Assembly: GCF_004010195.1 (NCBI RefSeq)
Contig: NC_057757.1
Location: 5,129,464 to 5,193,463 of the forward strand
Length of the DNA stretch: 64,000 nt
Direction: 5' to 3'
Source: Chiloscyllium plagiosum
Taxonomy: Eukaryota
Each line of letters opens with the position of its first letter. Position 1 is the stretch's first letter. Of this stretch, positions 50,340 to 61,792 are shown one piece after another. The notes beneath the pieces were generated by a model. The model made no database searches and had not been told where the DNA came from. It saw only the letters and a program-made list of their open reading frames with translations. The position numbers and the translations under genes were made by a program.

Positions 50340-50985
50340 TGCGGGGCAGTGGGATTGGATTGAGATTGAAGCAGGGCCATGGAGAGAGAGTGGGGCTGTG
50401 GAATTGGTTTGGGATTGATACAGGGCTACAGGGAGGGAGCAGGGCAGTGGGATTAGTTTGAGGATTGATACTGGGCTACAGGGAGGGAGCAGGGCAGTGG
50501 GGTTAGTTTGGGGGTTGATACAGGGCTATGGGGAGAGACTGGGGCAGTGGCGTTAGTTTGGGGATTGATACAGGACTATGGGGAGAGAGCAGGACAGTGG
50601 GGTTAGTTTGGGGATTGATACAGGGCTATGAGGAGAAAATGGGGCAGTTGGATGGGTTTGGGGATTGATACAGGATCATGGGGAGACAGTGGGGAGTAGG
50701 ATTGGTTTGGGGTTGATACAGGATAATGGGTTTAGTTTGGGGATTGATATGGAGCTATGGGGAGAGAGCAGGACAGTGGGATTAGTTTGGAGATTGATAC
50801 AGGATCATGGGGAGAGAGTGGGAAGTGGGATTGGTTTGGGGTTGATACAGGGCTACGCGGAGGGAACGGGGCAATGGGATTGGTTTGGGGATAGATACAG
50901 GGCTATGGAGAAAGCAGGGCAGTGGGATTGGTTTGGGAATTGATACAGGGCTATGGGGAGAGCACGGGGCAGTGGGATTGATTCT
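50340..50985. repeat. G-rich minisatellite (unit about 50 bp) filling most of clcnk intron 1
   Basis: Unit approximately gggctatggggagagagcagggcagtgggattagtttgggattgataca. Confidence 0.9.
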
Positions 50986-51089
50986 GGATTTTGCAAGTAA
51001 CGGCGCGAGGATGACTGGCCGAATGGCCACTGTCCATGCTTTGACACCTGACACTGTTCGCCTGACCAATGCCTCACGGTTCAACTTAC

Positions 51090-51477
51090 GTTTCAAGATC
51101 TTGAGTATCCTCTGCACCGCCTTTCTGGTCGCGCTCTGCCCCTCATCGGCTGGTAGGTAGCGTTTGTAGGAATCATGGCTCTCCTCAGCGCCCTCCTGCT
51201 CCAAATTCTCACCCTCCCTCTCCGTCCCACCGGCCTGGGACTGGCTGTCAGGCTCCACCGTCTCGATCTGCGCCTCATCTTTATCCAGGTCGTTCTTCTC
51301 CGAATAGGGAGGCATCCCCAGCATGAAACCTCCGGCCTTGGAGTACACTCCTGACTGTGACTGACCTGGGGCCTGGAATCCTCTGAGTGTCTTTGCAGCA
51401 GAAGGGTGTAATGGCTGATCCCTTTTTTTTAATATAACCCGGCCTCGGTAATCAAACTCTAGATCAAACCAGCCCAT
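51090..51477 (-). CDS. clcnk: ClC-K chloride channel, first coding exon (long hydrophilic N-terminus, 388 nt)
   Basis: ATG in strong Kozak context (agaATGG). Open frame MGWFDLEF...RILKILK ends at donor C|gtaagt in phase 1, which matches the next exon. The actual start codon is unproven. Confidence 0.75.
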
Positions 51478-51619
51478 TCTGACCTCCTTGCCTCACTCGA
51501 TTGGTTACTTTTTTTTCAAGAAGTTGCTGCAAGGACTCTGTGTCTGTGTGTGTTTTTATCACAAAGAGTCAGTCCGATTACAAAGTGCTTCAGCGCAAAA
51601 GTTGGAATGAGTCAGGAGT

Positions 51620-51720
51620 CACTGCTGAACATTAACCTCGTGCCTGAGCTCTTCTGATTTCTTTCATTTTGCCTGGCCTTATAAAGGGCCCTCCACTGTG
51701 ATAATCCTACACAGCAGCAG
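51620..51720 (-). promoter_or_regulatory. Candidate core promoter of clcnk (TTTATAAG TATA-like box near 51678-51685)
   Basis: TATA-like element about 200 bp upstream of the ATG in repeat-free sequence; no transcript evidence. Confidence 0.3.
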
Positions 51721-52147
51721 CTGGCATTATGATGGAGAAACAGTTGATCCTCCCCAGAGTTGGTGACGTGGTAATCGATGTCCCTAACCTTCCCCCCACC
51801 GTGGTGCCCAGTGACACAGCGCAGGCTTCCCTCTTCTCCCATGTCGCTTGGCCACCTCTATCTGTATGGAATCAAGTAGTCTGTGGTAACGCCACACCTT
51901 TCGACGCCACCTGCCCTGCCCCCCAGACTGCACCCTGCTCCTTCTGCGGGTACCACGCGACCAAGGAAGGTCTCGCTGAGGGAGGCCAGTTGTTCACATG
52001 CAGCTCAAAGAGGGTTTTTTGTTGGGAGGGGGTGTTGTGTTTAAGGGGGCAAATGTTGGCCTAGGAACCCTGGGTGAAACCCTTCTCTGGAAATGTTCTT
52101 ACAAATCGACCCGCAATGTGGAGCTTCCTTGATACTACCATGGAGGC

Positions 52148-52275
52148 TAGGCGGAGGTGGGTACTGCAGATGCTGGAGATTAGAGGCAAGACGAAGGGCT
52201 TTTGCCCGAAACGTCGATTTTCCTGCTCCTCAGATGCTGCCTGACCTGCTGTGCTTTTCTAGCACCACTCTACTA
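52148..52275. mobile_element. Penelope-derived terminal fragment (rearranged)
   Basis: actgcagatgctggagattagag joined to gaagggcttttgcccgaaacgtcg... Confidence 0.65.
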
Positions 52276-54485
52276 CTTAGAGACTGTTAGCCTAGAAGCA
52301 GAGGGTCACAGTCTAAGGATGAGGGGTGACCTTATAGAGGTTTATAAAATCATGAGAGGAAAAGATAAAGTGAATGGCAGGTGTCTTTCCCTAGGTTGAG
52401 GGATTTATGACTAGGGAGCACTTTTTTAAGGTGAGAGTAGGAAGATTTTAAAAAGACATGAGGGACATTTTTCTTTGGAGTGGTTCGCGTCTGGAATGAA
52501 CTTCCAGAGGGAGTTGTGGATGTGGGTACAGTTACAATGTTTAAAAGATATTTGGATGAGCACATAAGAAATTCTTGGAGGGATAGGGACCAAATACGGA
52601 CAGGTGGGACTAGCTTAGTTTGGGATTATGGTCAGCGTGGATTGGTTGGACCGAGGGGTCTGTTTCCCTGCTGTATAATACAGGACAGGCCAATTAGGAC
52701 TGCGACAAGGAGAAATGTCTTCACCCGGAGAGTGGGAAGCCTGTGGAATTCTCTGCCATGGAAAGTAGTTGAGGCCAAAACATTGAATGTTTTCAATAAG
52801 GAGTTAGATTCCATTCTTGGGGCTAAACAGATTAAATGGGGGAGAAAGTAGGAGTAGGGGACTGAGTTGGATGATCAGCCATGATCATGTTGAATAGAGA
52901 AGCAGGTTCAAAGGACTGAATGGCTTACTCCTGCTCCTATTTTCTATATCTATATGTTTCTTTCTATATGCCTCTTTCTGGAATAGATTTGAACTCACAA
53001 CAGTCATTGGGTGAGAGATGAGAGAGCTCCACACCAAGGCCAACACAAAACCTCCCAATATTGAAACATGCATTTTTTAAAAGAATTACTGAATCTTCTC
53101 AGATGTTCACCAGCAGTCAAGACTTGGTAATAGGTACCAACCATTTGCCTTCCCTTGACTTGGATGTTTTGACTTGACAATCTCCAACCTTCTGGACTCA
53201 GCCTTGACTTCAATAATTAAAACTCACACAATAACAGGTTTATTTGGAAGCACTAACGTTTGGAACTCCAGGAGTGGCGCTCCGAAAGCTAGTGCTTCCA
53301 AATAAACCTGTTGCTGTGTTTCTGTGGTGTACATCATTGGGACGGCATGGTGGCTCAGTGGTTAGCACTGCTGCCTCACAGCACCAGGGTCCCAGGTTTG
53401 ATTTCCGCCTTAGGCGACTGTCTGTGTGGAGTTTGTACATTCTCTCCGGGTGCTCCAGTTTCCTCCCACAGTCCAAAGGTGTGCAGGTCAGGTGAATTGG
53501 CCATGCCAATTTGCCCGTAGTGTTAGGTGCATAAGTCAGAGGGAAACGGGTCTGGGTGGTTTACTCTTCGGAGGGTCGGTGTGGACTTGTTGGGCCAAAT
53601 GACCTGATTCCACACTGTAGGGAATCTAATCTAATCGCTATGACTCTATGTTGGTCTGTAACCTAGTGTTGTGTGATTTATAACTTAGTTCACCCCAGTC
53701 CAACACCGGCACCTCCAAGTCTTGACTTCAGTACTTTGACATCAAAGCCTCTCCCTCTGTTTGTTTCTTTTTCACTACATCAGGATTGTTTTAAACTATT
53801 TTTTCTTGATCCCTTTAGTTCAGGTGGTGTGGTAGCAATGTCACTGGATTAGTAATCCAAGAATAATAGTTGTCAAGGGATACAGGTTCAAACCCTACCG
53901 TGACAGTTATTGGAATGAATTAATTAATCTGGGACAGAAAGCTAGCCTCAATGACTATCAATTGCTGTAAAAGCCCACTTGGCTCAATCATGCGCTTTCG
54001 GGAGAGAAACCTGCCCTCCTTAAACAGGTTGAGATTTGAAACCGTGAGCCATGAGGTTGACTTTCAACTCCCTCTTAAATGGCCAAGGGAGCCACTTAGC
54101 TCAAAGGCAATTTGAGATGGCAACAAATGTTAGCCTTGCCAGCAATACCCAAATCCTGTGAAAGAATTCAGTGAAGAGTTATTGACCTGAAACCGTAATC
54201 CTGTTTTTCTCTCGGCAGAGGTTACTTGACCTGTTGAGTGTTTCCAGCGCTCTCTGCTTTAATTCCTAACCTGTCTTCTGACCTAAGATGGTCATATACC
54301 CAAATGCACAAAAACATGCCCAACACTTACACAAGCAAACTGACACACACACACATGCATTTCCCATTAGTTGCACTGGTGATCCGGGTCAAAGCCCTGG
54401 CTGATTTGCTTTCCCTTTCTCTGGAACCAGGCCAGGCCAGTGTATCCCAGTATCCCTGTATGTTTGAGTTGGGGGTGTGAGGTGA

Positions 54486-54497
54486 GATAGAGAGAGC

Positions 54498-54531
<34 letters not shown>
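54486..54531. repeat. (GA)n microsatellite
   Basis: Direct reading. Confidence 0.95.
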
Positions 54532-54533
<2 letters not shown>

Positions 54534-55230
54534 TGGAGCCACAGCAAATAGCTTGATCCTTAAAACAGGGAAACAATTTAGGAACTGGAGAGATTTCTGT
54601 GGAGGTTTGACATGGGTGCATTTTGGCCAACAAAGAGCTTACTTAATTCCGAATTTATTACACCTGGGAAAATTGAAAACAAGATTAAGACCCTGCAGAA
54701 TTTGCGTGAGCAAACTCCAGCCATTTAATCTTCGAATTCCTGGCTGCAACATGCCTGTAAAGTCAGTGTGCTTGTAGTACTGAGCTCCTCTCTACTTGCC
54801 TGGGAACTGTGGCTTGCCAGTGCCATTTACCACCTTACTCAAACAGAACTTGTCCTAGCTCTGAGGCTTGGCAACTGAGTGTTCAAGCCACCTGACCAAA
54901 GAGGGGATGAGCAGGGCTGGAAATGTAATGCTTGCTGATTGACCATCAGCCATGCCTCAATTTGAGAGTGACACCCACTTGGGCTCTGTTGAGTGTCTTC
55001 AAGTGACAGGACAGGCCTGTGAGTCTTTGGGCTGGGGGATCTAGACCGCAGGATTATCTTTACTCCCCTGCTGCCGCTCTGCCTCATCGTTGAAGATTTT
55101 CGGACTCAAAGTGTGAAGCAGCTTAATAAACAACTTGGCACCATTTTGAACCATTTGTTGCCAACTGCACCCAGTCATTAATGTCAATGATGTCACACAG
55201 GGAGGACAGCCTCAGTGTAATCTATATAGA

Positions 55231-55438
55231 GTCAAGATTAGAGTGGTGCTGGAAAAGCACAGCAGGTCAGGCAGCATCCGAGGAGCAGGAAAATCGACGT
55301 TTCGGGCAAAAGACCTTCACTCAGCCCAAAACATCGATTTTCCTGCTCCTCCGATGCTGCCTGACCTGCTGTGCTTTTCCAGCACCACTCTAATCTTGAC
55401 TCTAATCTCTAGCATCTGCAGTACCCACTTCTGCCTAG
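55231..55438. mobile_element. Palindromic Penelope-derived element
   Basis: About 80-bp near-perfect inverted arms (gtcaagattagagtggtgctgg... / ...ccagcaccactctaatcttgac). Confidence 0.8.
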
Positions 55439-56742
55439 TAGTGGGCGGCATGGTGGCACAGTGGTTAGCACTGCTACCTCACAGTGCCAGAGACCTGGGT
55501 TCAATTCCCACCTCAGGCGACTTTCTGTGTGGAGTTTGCACATTCTCCCCGTGTCTGTGCGGGTTTACTCCCACAATCCAAAAATGTGCAGGTTAGGTGA
55601 ATTGGCTATGCTAAATTGCCCATAGTGTTAGATGTAGAGGAATGGGTCTGGGTGGGTTGTGCTTTGGCGGGTTGGTGTGGACTTGTTGGGCTGAAGGGCC
55701 TGTTTCCACACTATAAGTAACCTAATCTAAAAATCTATATAGACCCAACCATTGGCACTATACACTCAGTCATCTAGCTCGGATGGCAGAGAGTAAGGAC
55801 GTCAGTTGAGGGTCAGTCAATAATGACTGCATTTATGTAGCCTCCTTAATGATGTAACCAACCTTGAGGAGGGTTGCCAAAGCAAAACGAAAACTGTATG
55901 AGCCACAGTTTACAACAGATGACCTAACGTCAGATCAGCTTTAAGGAGCATTTTAAAGTAGAACTGAGAGAATGCAGAGAGTTTTCAAGAGGGAATCCCA
56001 GAGTTTGAGGCCCCAAGTAGCTGAAGGCAATGGTGGAACAATGGAAATCGAGGGGATGAGGATGTTTGAAAGTTATAAAGTTGACACAATTCAAAGTCCA
56101 AGTACAGGAAAAGACGAGGTATAAATAGAGACACCGGAGACCACCAACATGTTAGCAAAAGAGGTAGCCACCCAAGGCAGCTTGTCCATACTGTCTCTTT
56201 GGAAGAGCTGTTTAATTCACTATGCTCTTCACCCACGTCCCTGTGAATAGAATCCCTACAGTGTGGAAGCAGGCCATTCGGTCCATCAAGTCCACACTGA
56301 CCCTCCAAAAAGTATCAGCTTGGCCAATCCACCCTGACCTGCACACCTTTGCACGGTGGGAGGAAACCGGAGCACCCGGAGGAAACCCATACAGACACAA
56401 GGAGAACTTGCAAACTCCACACAGACAGTCGCCTGAGGGTGGAATCAAGCCTGGGTCCCTGGTGCTGTGAGGCAGTAGTACTAACCACTGAACCACCGTG
56501 TCACAATGCCATATTCAAACTCCCTTTCCAGATTATAGTCCAACAGGTTTAATTGAAAGCACTGTGTTCTCTGGCTGTGATAAAGGAATGGGACTTGCCA
56601 TGAATTAAGACGGGGCAGCAAAGTTTTAGATGACAGATGACAGAGGGTAGAATTGGGCAGACACACGGCTAACCAAGATGTGAACGAAATGATCACACAG
56701 GGGTGATGTTGTGCACGTAGAAATAGGTAGTTTTAATGATGG

Positions 56743-56970
56743 TGGAAAAGCACAGTAGGTCAGGCAGCATCCAAGGAGCAGGAAAATCGACATTTCTTGC
56801 AAAAGCCCTTCATCAGGAATCCAGGCCAGGCAGCATCTGAGGAGCAGGAAAATTGGCGTTTCGGCTTTTGCCCAAAACGCCAATTTTCCTGCTCCACGGA
56901 TGCTGCCTGGCCTGCTGTGCTTTTCCAGCACCACTCTGATCTCCAGCAGCTACAGTCCTCACTTTCGCCC
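56743..56970. mobile_element. Penelope-derived element with tandem and inverted terminal copies
   Basis: TSD agttttaatga(t/c)gg (56729-56742 / 56971-56984); cccttcatcagg hammerhead on the minus strand. Confidence 0.78.
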
Positions 56971-57509
56971 AGTTTTAATGACGGCATGATTACCAGTTTT
57001 GGAAGTTCCAGAGGACCTCTAACATATCTCAGGCTTTTGTCAGAGGGAACTGCACATTTCCACAATGCTTTGTGTGATTTCCCTCTTAAAGGATTTAACC
57101 TTAAAGGCTGTGTCTGCTGACACTTATTCACTTACACCTTTGAGAGAGCACTAATCCAGAAAGGTGTATGTATATGATTCCAGCAATGTGACATCCAATG
57201 ATGTTATACCCAAATGCATTGCATGTGAATGTTCAGTCACACCCCCTTTCTGTCCACCATTTAAATACATGAAATTAGCACACCAGTATGTGGTGTCAAT
57301 AGACACAGCCAATTTTGAAATTATGGTTCCCTTCATCCCTTTAGAGAAAACATTTCCCCAGTGCATCTACTTTCTCTCAAACCCACACTGTCCTGAACCT
57401 TTTAAATTCCATAAGGAATGCAGTTCAACTTTGTGCAGCCTGACTTCGTCAGGCCACAGGGTGAGACAAGTCAGAGTAGGCCCCAATCTCCAAGCATTTG
57501 CAGCTTTTA

Positions 57510-57523
57510 GTTGCTATGGCAAC
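57510..57523. promoter_or_regulatory. RFX X-box-like palindrome GTTGCTATGGCAAC
   Basis: 13/14 match to the X-box consensus GTTGCCATGGCAAC inside a repeat-free island (about 57000-57990). Confidence 0.4.
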
Positions 57524-57999
57524 AGAGAGGGCCACTCTAACAGGAATTGCAGTTCCCCTGGCTCTTGGCCTACACCTTCCTCCTCACCCCATCCCACCCA
57601 CAACAAAGTGGCCGGAATAACACAAGTGTTGACCGAGTTTAAAAGAAAAATTTTCAGCAGTTAATAAATACCAGGGGAGCTGCTTATTAAAGCCATTCAG
57701 GAAATGGGGGAGGGAATACCGGGCTCCTCGTGCTTCGCAATACATTCATTCAATGATCACAAATGGAAGCAAATGTTTAAAAGTTCCTTTAATTTCTTTG
57801 TATGGCATTTTCTCTGCTTCATTTTCAGCCTTGGCTCTCATCTGTCCTGTTGCCACTGATGCCTTTTTCATTGCTTTCTTAAGCTCCACGTTTCTTGGAT
57901 GATAGACTGGGTATCCAACAATGGAGAGGCAGTGTCTTTGATTCTCTTCACTCCCACTTCTGCATTCATATTTTTCAAAAACCTCTCCAATATCCTGGT

Positions 58000-58590
58000 A
58001 AAAACTGGAAGGTTATGCTGTACAGGGTGTTAGTGAGGCCACACCTGGAGTACTGTGTGCAGTTTTGGTCTCCTTACTTGAGAAAGGACCTACTGGCTCT
58101 GGAGGGGGTGCAAAGGAGGTTCACTTGGTTGATTCTGGAGTTGAGAGGATTGGCTTCTGAGAGATTGAATAGATTGGAACTATAATCATTGGAATTGAGA
58201 AGAATGAGGGAGGTTCTTCGAGAAACATTTAAAATTATGAAGGGAATACATGAGATAGAAGCAGGAAGATTGTTTCCACTGGCAGGTGAAACTAGATCTG
58301 TGGGGCATAGCCTCAAAATAAGGAGGGGAGCAGATTTAGAACTGATTTGAGGAGGAACGTCTTTACCCAAAGGGTTGTGAATTCCCTATCCAGTGAAGCA
58401 GTTGAGGCTACCTCGTTGAATGTTTATAAGGCAGAGGTAGATAGATTTTTGAACAGTAAAGGAATTAAAGGTTATGGTGAGAGGATGGGTAAGTGGAGCT
58501 AAGTATACAAAAAGATCAGCCATGATCTTGTTGAATAGCGGAGTAGGCTCGAGGGCCCAGATGACCTACTCCTGCTCCTACTTCCTATGT
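58000..58590 (+). mobile_element. CR1 3' fragment
   Basis: [24 protein letters not shown]. Confidence 0.85.
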
Positions 58591-58700
58591 AATTTTGTGG
58601 AAATCCCTGGTTTCTTTAAAAGGTGTCATTAGTAGGTCTCTGGGGGCATTGAGAGTCTTTTGTTTAAACAAGACTTCCTAAAAATCACATGACTGGTGGT

Positions 58701-59326
58701 CATGATTTGGAGGTGCCGGAGTTGGACTAGGGTGTACAAACTAAAAAATCACACACTTGGTTATAGTCCAACAGTGTGCTTATTTGGAAGCACACTAGCT
58801 TTCGGAGCACTGCTCCTTCATCAGGCGGTTGCTGGAGAATAAGGTTGTAAGACACGGAATTTATAATACAAGTTTACAGTGTGATGTAGCTGAAATTATA
58901 TATTGAAAAAGACCTGAATTGTTTGTTAAGTCTCTCATCTTCTGGAATGACCATGTTGGTTTCAGTTCTTTTATATGTAAATCACAAAACTTTTACATTC
59001 TCGAGTGAACTTTAACAACTGGTGTCATGTCGGCCCAGATAATGTATTGAAGGTGTTAGCTCCCTGTGTGAGGCTGTCTCTGCCACAATGGTCAGACTGA
59101 TTCTAATCTAAAAACCGCATTTACAGAATCTTACATGGATTCACGTAACCAACAGAAACCAGAGAACTGAAACCAACATGGTCATTCTAAAAGATGAGAG
59201 ACTTAACAAACAATCCAGGTCTTTCTCAATATATAATTTCAGTTACATCACACTGTAAACTTTTTCTATAAATACCGTGTCTTAGAGCTTTTCTCCACAA
59301 TCACCTGATGAAGCAGCAGTGCTCCG
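58701..59326. mobile_element. Third hammerhead-bearing (Penelope-like) family with long internal inverted duplication
   Basis: 12-bp TSD atgactggtggt (58689-58700 / 59327-59338); ctgatgaagg/cagcagtgctccg(aaa) motifs in both orientations; relatives at about 31315-31600 and 53222-53310. Confidence 0.7.
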
Positions 59327-60728
59327 ATGACTGGTGGTAACTGCTTGTGTTACCATGGGCCTTTGTTGGAGCTGATCTTCGCACGTTGACTGGGTGGAGA
59401 ATGCTTTGTTATCTAGTCTTCATCTGGGGGACAAGAAGCCTGCGAGGAAGAGCTACCTGGCTGATCTCTCCCACTTCTGAGAAGAATACCCTCTACACCA
59501 GTTCAGGATGAAATCGATTTGTTCTTCTGAAAGAGTCATTGAACGAAGCTTGTATTTCCTGAGCAAGACACATCTTAGACAACAGGGTGATTACTGACTT
59601 GACCCCATGTGCCAAGACAACAGACTGCATAATAATCCACGCTTTATCCTTTTGTCTCAAGGGTAACCTATTAGTTAATGTGTTGTTTTGTCAGAAAGCC
59701 AACCTTAGCAGAGAAATTTGTTTTTTTTTTGGCTCTTTCATATTACCAAGTGCGTTTGTTAACTAATTCCTGCATTTTCATCAAATACATTTTGCTTTGA
59801 TAATAAACCTATAATTACATTTGTTAAGTAACTTCGATGACAGATCTTGTTGTTTGAAACCTGATATAGACAAGGTATTTAATTGGTCACCGTGGTAACT
59901 GGAAAAACCAGTATGGCACGATAGCAATACTGAATACCTCCAGTCTCGGTCAACTTGGTCAAAACCACTGTGCACGATGGCACAGTGGTTAGCACTGCTG
60001 CCTCACAGTGCCAGAGACCCGGGTTCAATTCCTGCCTTGGGCAACTGCCTGTATGGAGTTTGCACATTCTCCCCGTGTCTGCGTGGGTTTCCTCCCACAG
60101 TCCAAAGATGTGCAGGTTAGGTGAATTGGCCATGCTAAACTGCCCCTAGTGTTAAGTGTAGGGGAATGGGTCTGGTTGGGTTGCTCTTCGGATGGTTGAT
60201 GTGGACTTGTTGGGCCGAAGGGCCTGTTTCCACACTGTAAGTAATCTAATCTAAACCTCCTTCTCACTTCCTACTGTGGGAAACACGACAGAATCTCTGC
60301 AATGCAGAAAGAGACTATTCAGCCATCAAGTCCACACCAACCCTCTGAAGAACATCCCCTCCAGACCTACGCTACTACCTTCTCCCTGTAACCCCATATT
60401 TCCCATGGCCAATCCACCTAACCTGCACATCTTTGGACTGCGGGAGGAAACCAAGGCACCCAGAGGAAACCCATATAGACACGGGGAGAATATGTAAACT
60501 CCACGCTGACAGTCATCCAAGGGTGAGATTGAACCCAGGTCCCTGGCGTTGTGAAGCAGCAGTGCTAACCACTAAGCACCCAAAGCTTTTGTAGCTACCT
60601 TTTTGTGATTTACGAGTGACATGGTGACTCAGTGATTAGCACTGCTGCCTCACGGTGTCAGGGACTTGGGTTCGATTCCACCCTCAGGTGTCTGCGTGGT
60701 GCTTGCACATTTTCTTGTGTCTACATCG

Positions 60729-61792
60729 TGTTACGACACAACTGTAAACCCTTCTGCTAATTAAACCAAACACACATTACGGGCAGCACGGTGCCTCAGT
60801 GATTAGCACTGCTGCTTCACAGCACCAGGGACCCGGGTTCGAGCCCTACTTCAGGCAACTGTCTGTGTGGAGTTTGCACATTCTCCTAGTGTCTGCGTAA
60901 GTTTCCTCCGGGTGCTCCGGTTTCCTCCCACAGTCCAAAGATGTGCAGGGCAGGTGACTTGACCATGGGAAATTGCCCATAGTGTTACATCCGTTAGTCG
61001 GGGTAAATAGAGGATAGGGGAATGGGTCTGGGTGGTTACTCTTCAGAGGGCCGGTGTGGATCTGTTGGGCCAAACGGCCTGTTTACATACTGTAGGGAAT
61101 GTAATGTAATCTAACCACACAGAAAAGCTCATTTTGCCTTGTAATCTGTTAAAGTAGGAGTGACAGAGAACTACCTAAATTCCACTATTTAAAGAAAAAA
61201 TAACAATTTTATTCTTTAACTCTAAAAGTGAACATTAAACAATAACCATTTACAACTCTGTGCCTCCTTTTTCTTGTTATCTACCTCCCACCCTTTAACA
61301 ATATACTGATCCAATAAAAGCCCCTATTAAATTTACAGTGACTCAATTTTCAAAACCAGACAGGGTTTCCGGTGTCGGTCTTCCTGTTTGTAGATCTTCC
61401 TGGGTCGTCTTTGGTCTTCTGCTGCAAAGATGTTTCATATGAAAAGGGTACCTTTAACAGAGAGTGTGGTGAATCGCAGTCTTTCAATGGCAGTTGGTCC
61501 TCTTTCTGGCTAACTGTCCAAAATGTCTGCTTTAAAAAACCCCAAACATTGATTTTCTCATTGGTTCAATGTTGTCAAAACACTAAAATTCAAATTAGAT
61601 TAGGTTTTAGTATCTTGGGGCATAATTTAAGCTGATTGGTTAAATTTGAACTGCTGTGAAAACAACCGGTATCTAGATTATAGCCAAAATGTTACATCTT
61701 TCAATTTTCCAGCACACTCTGTGACATGACAGGTGCTTGCCAGCTTTGACTCTCTCTTAAAAGTAAAGTACATACCTTCAACCTTCATAACA
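60729..61792. mobile_element. Probable solo LTR inserted in a SINE and itself carrying a SINE (60780-61113)
   Basis: tgtta...taaca termini; imperfect 4-bp TSD atcg/atgg; host SINE resumes at 61793. Confidence 0.55.

Noticed and set aside
50782..51089. C-terminal part of the 231-aa ORF (PIPLP repeats)
   Set aside because: Read-through past the exon 1 donor into the intronic minisatellite.
51300..51325. PY (Nedd4-binding) motif in the N-terminus (MPPYS)
   Set aside because: PPY does not fit the PPxY/LPxY consensus.
168..51477. Calling the gene clcn1, clcn2 or ClC-0
   Set aside because: GKVGP instead of GKEGP, PAGYF, the 140-nt exon and the long L-M loop exon all indicate ClC-K.
57164..57664. 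166-aa plus-strand ORF
   Set aside because: Non-ATG start, no recognisable domain and no splice support.
59457..59526. Possible 70-nt minus-strand upstream exon (ctttcag...CAG|gtagct)
   Set aside because: Weak donor, no recognisable protein similarity and no convincing downstream acceptor; needs RNA data.
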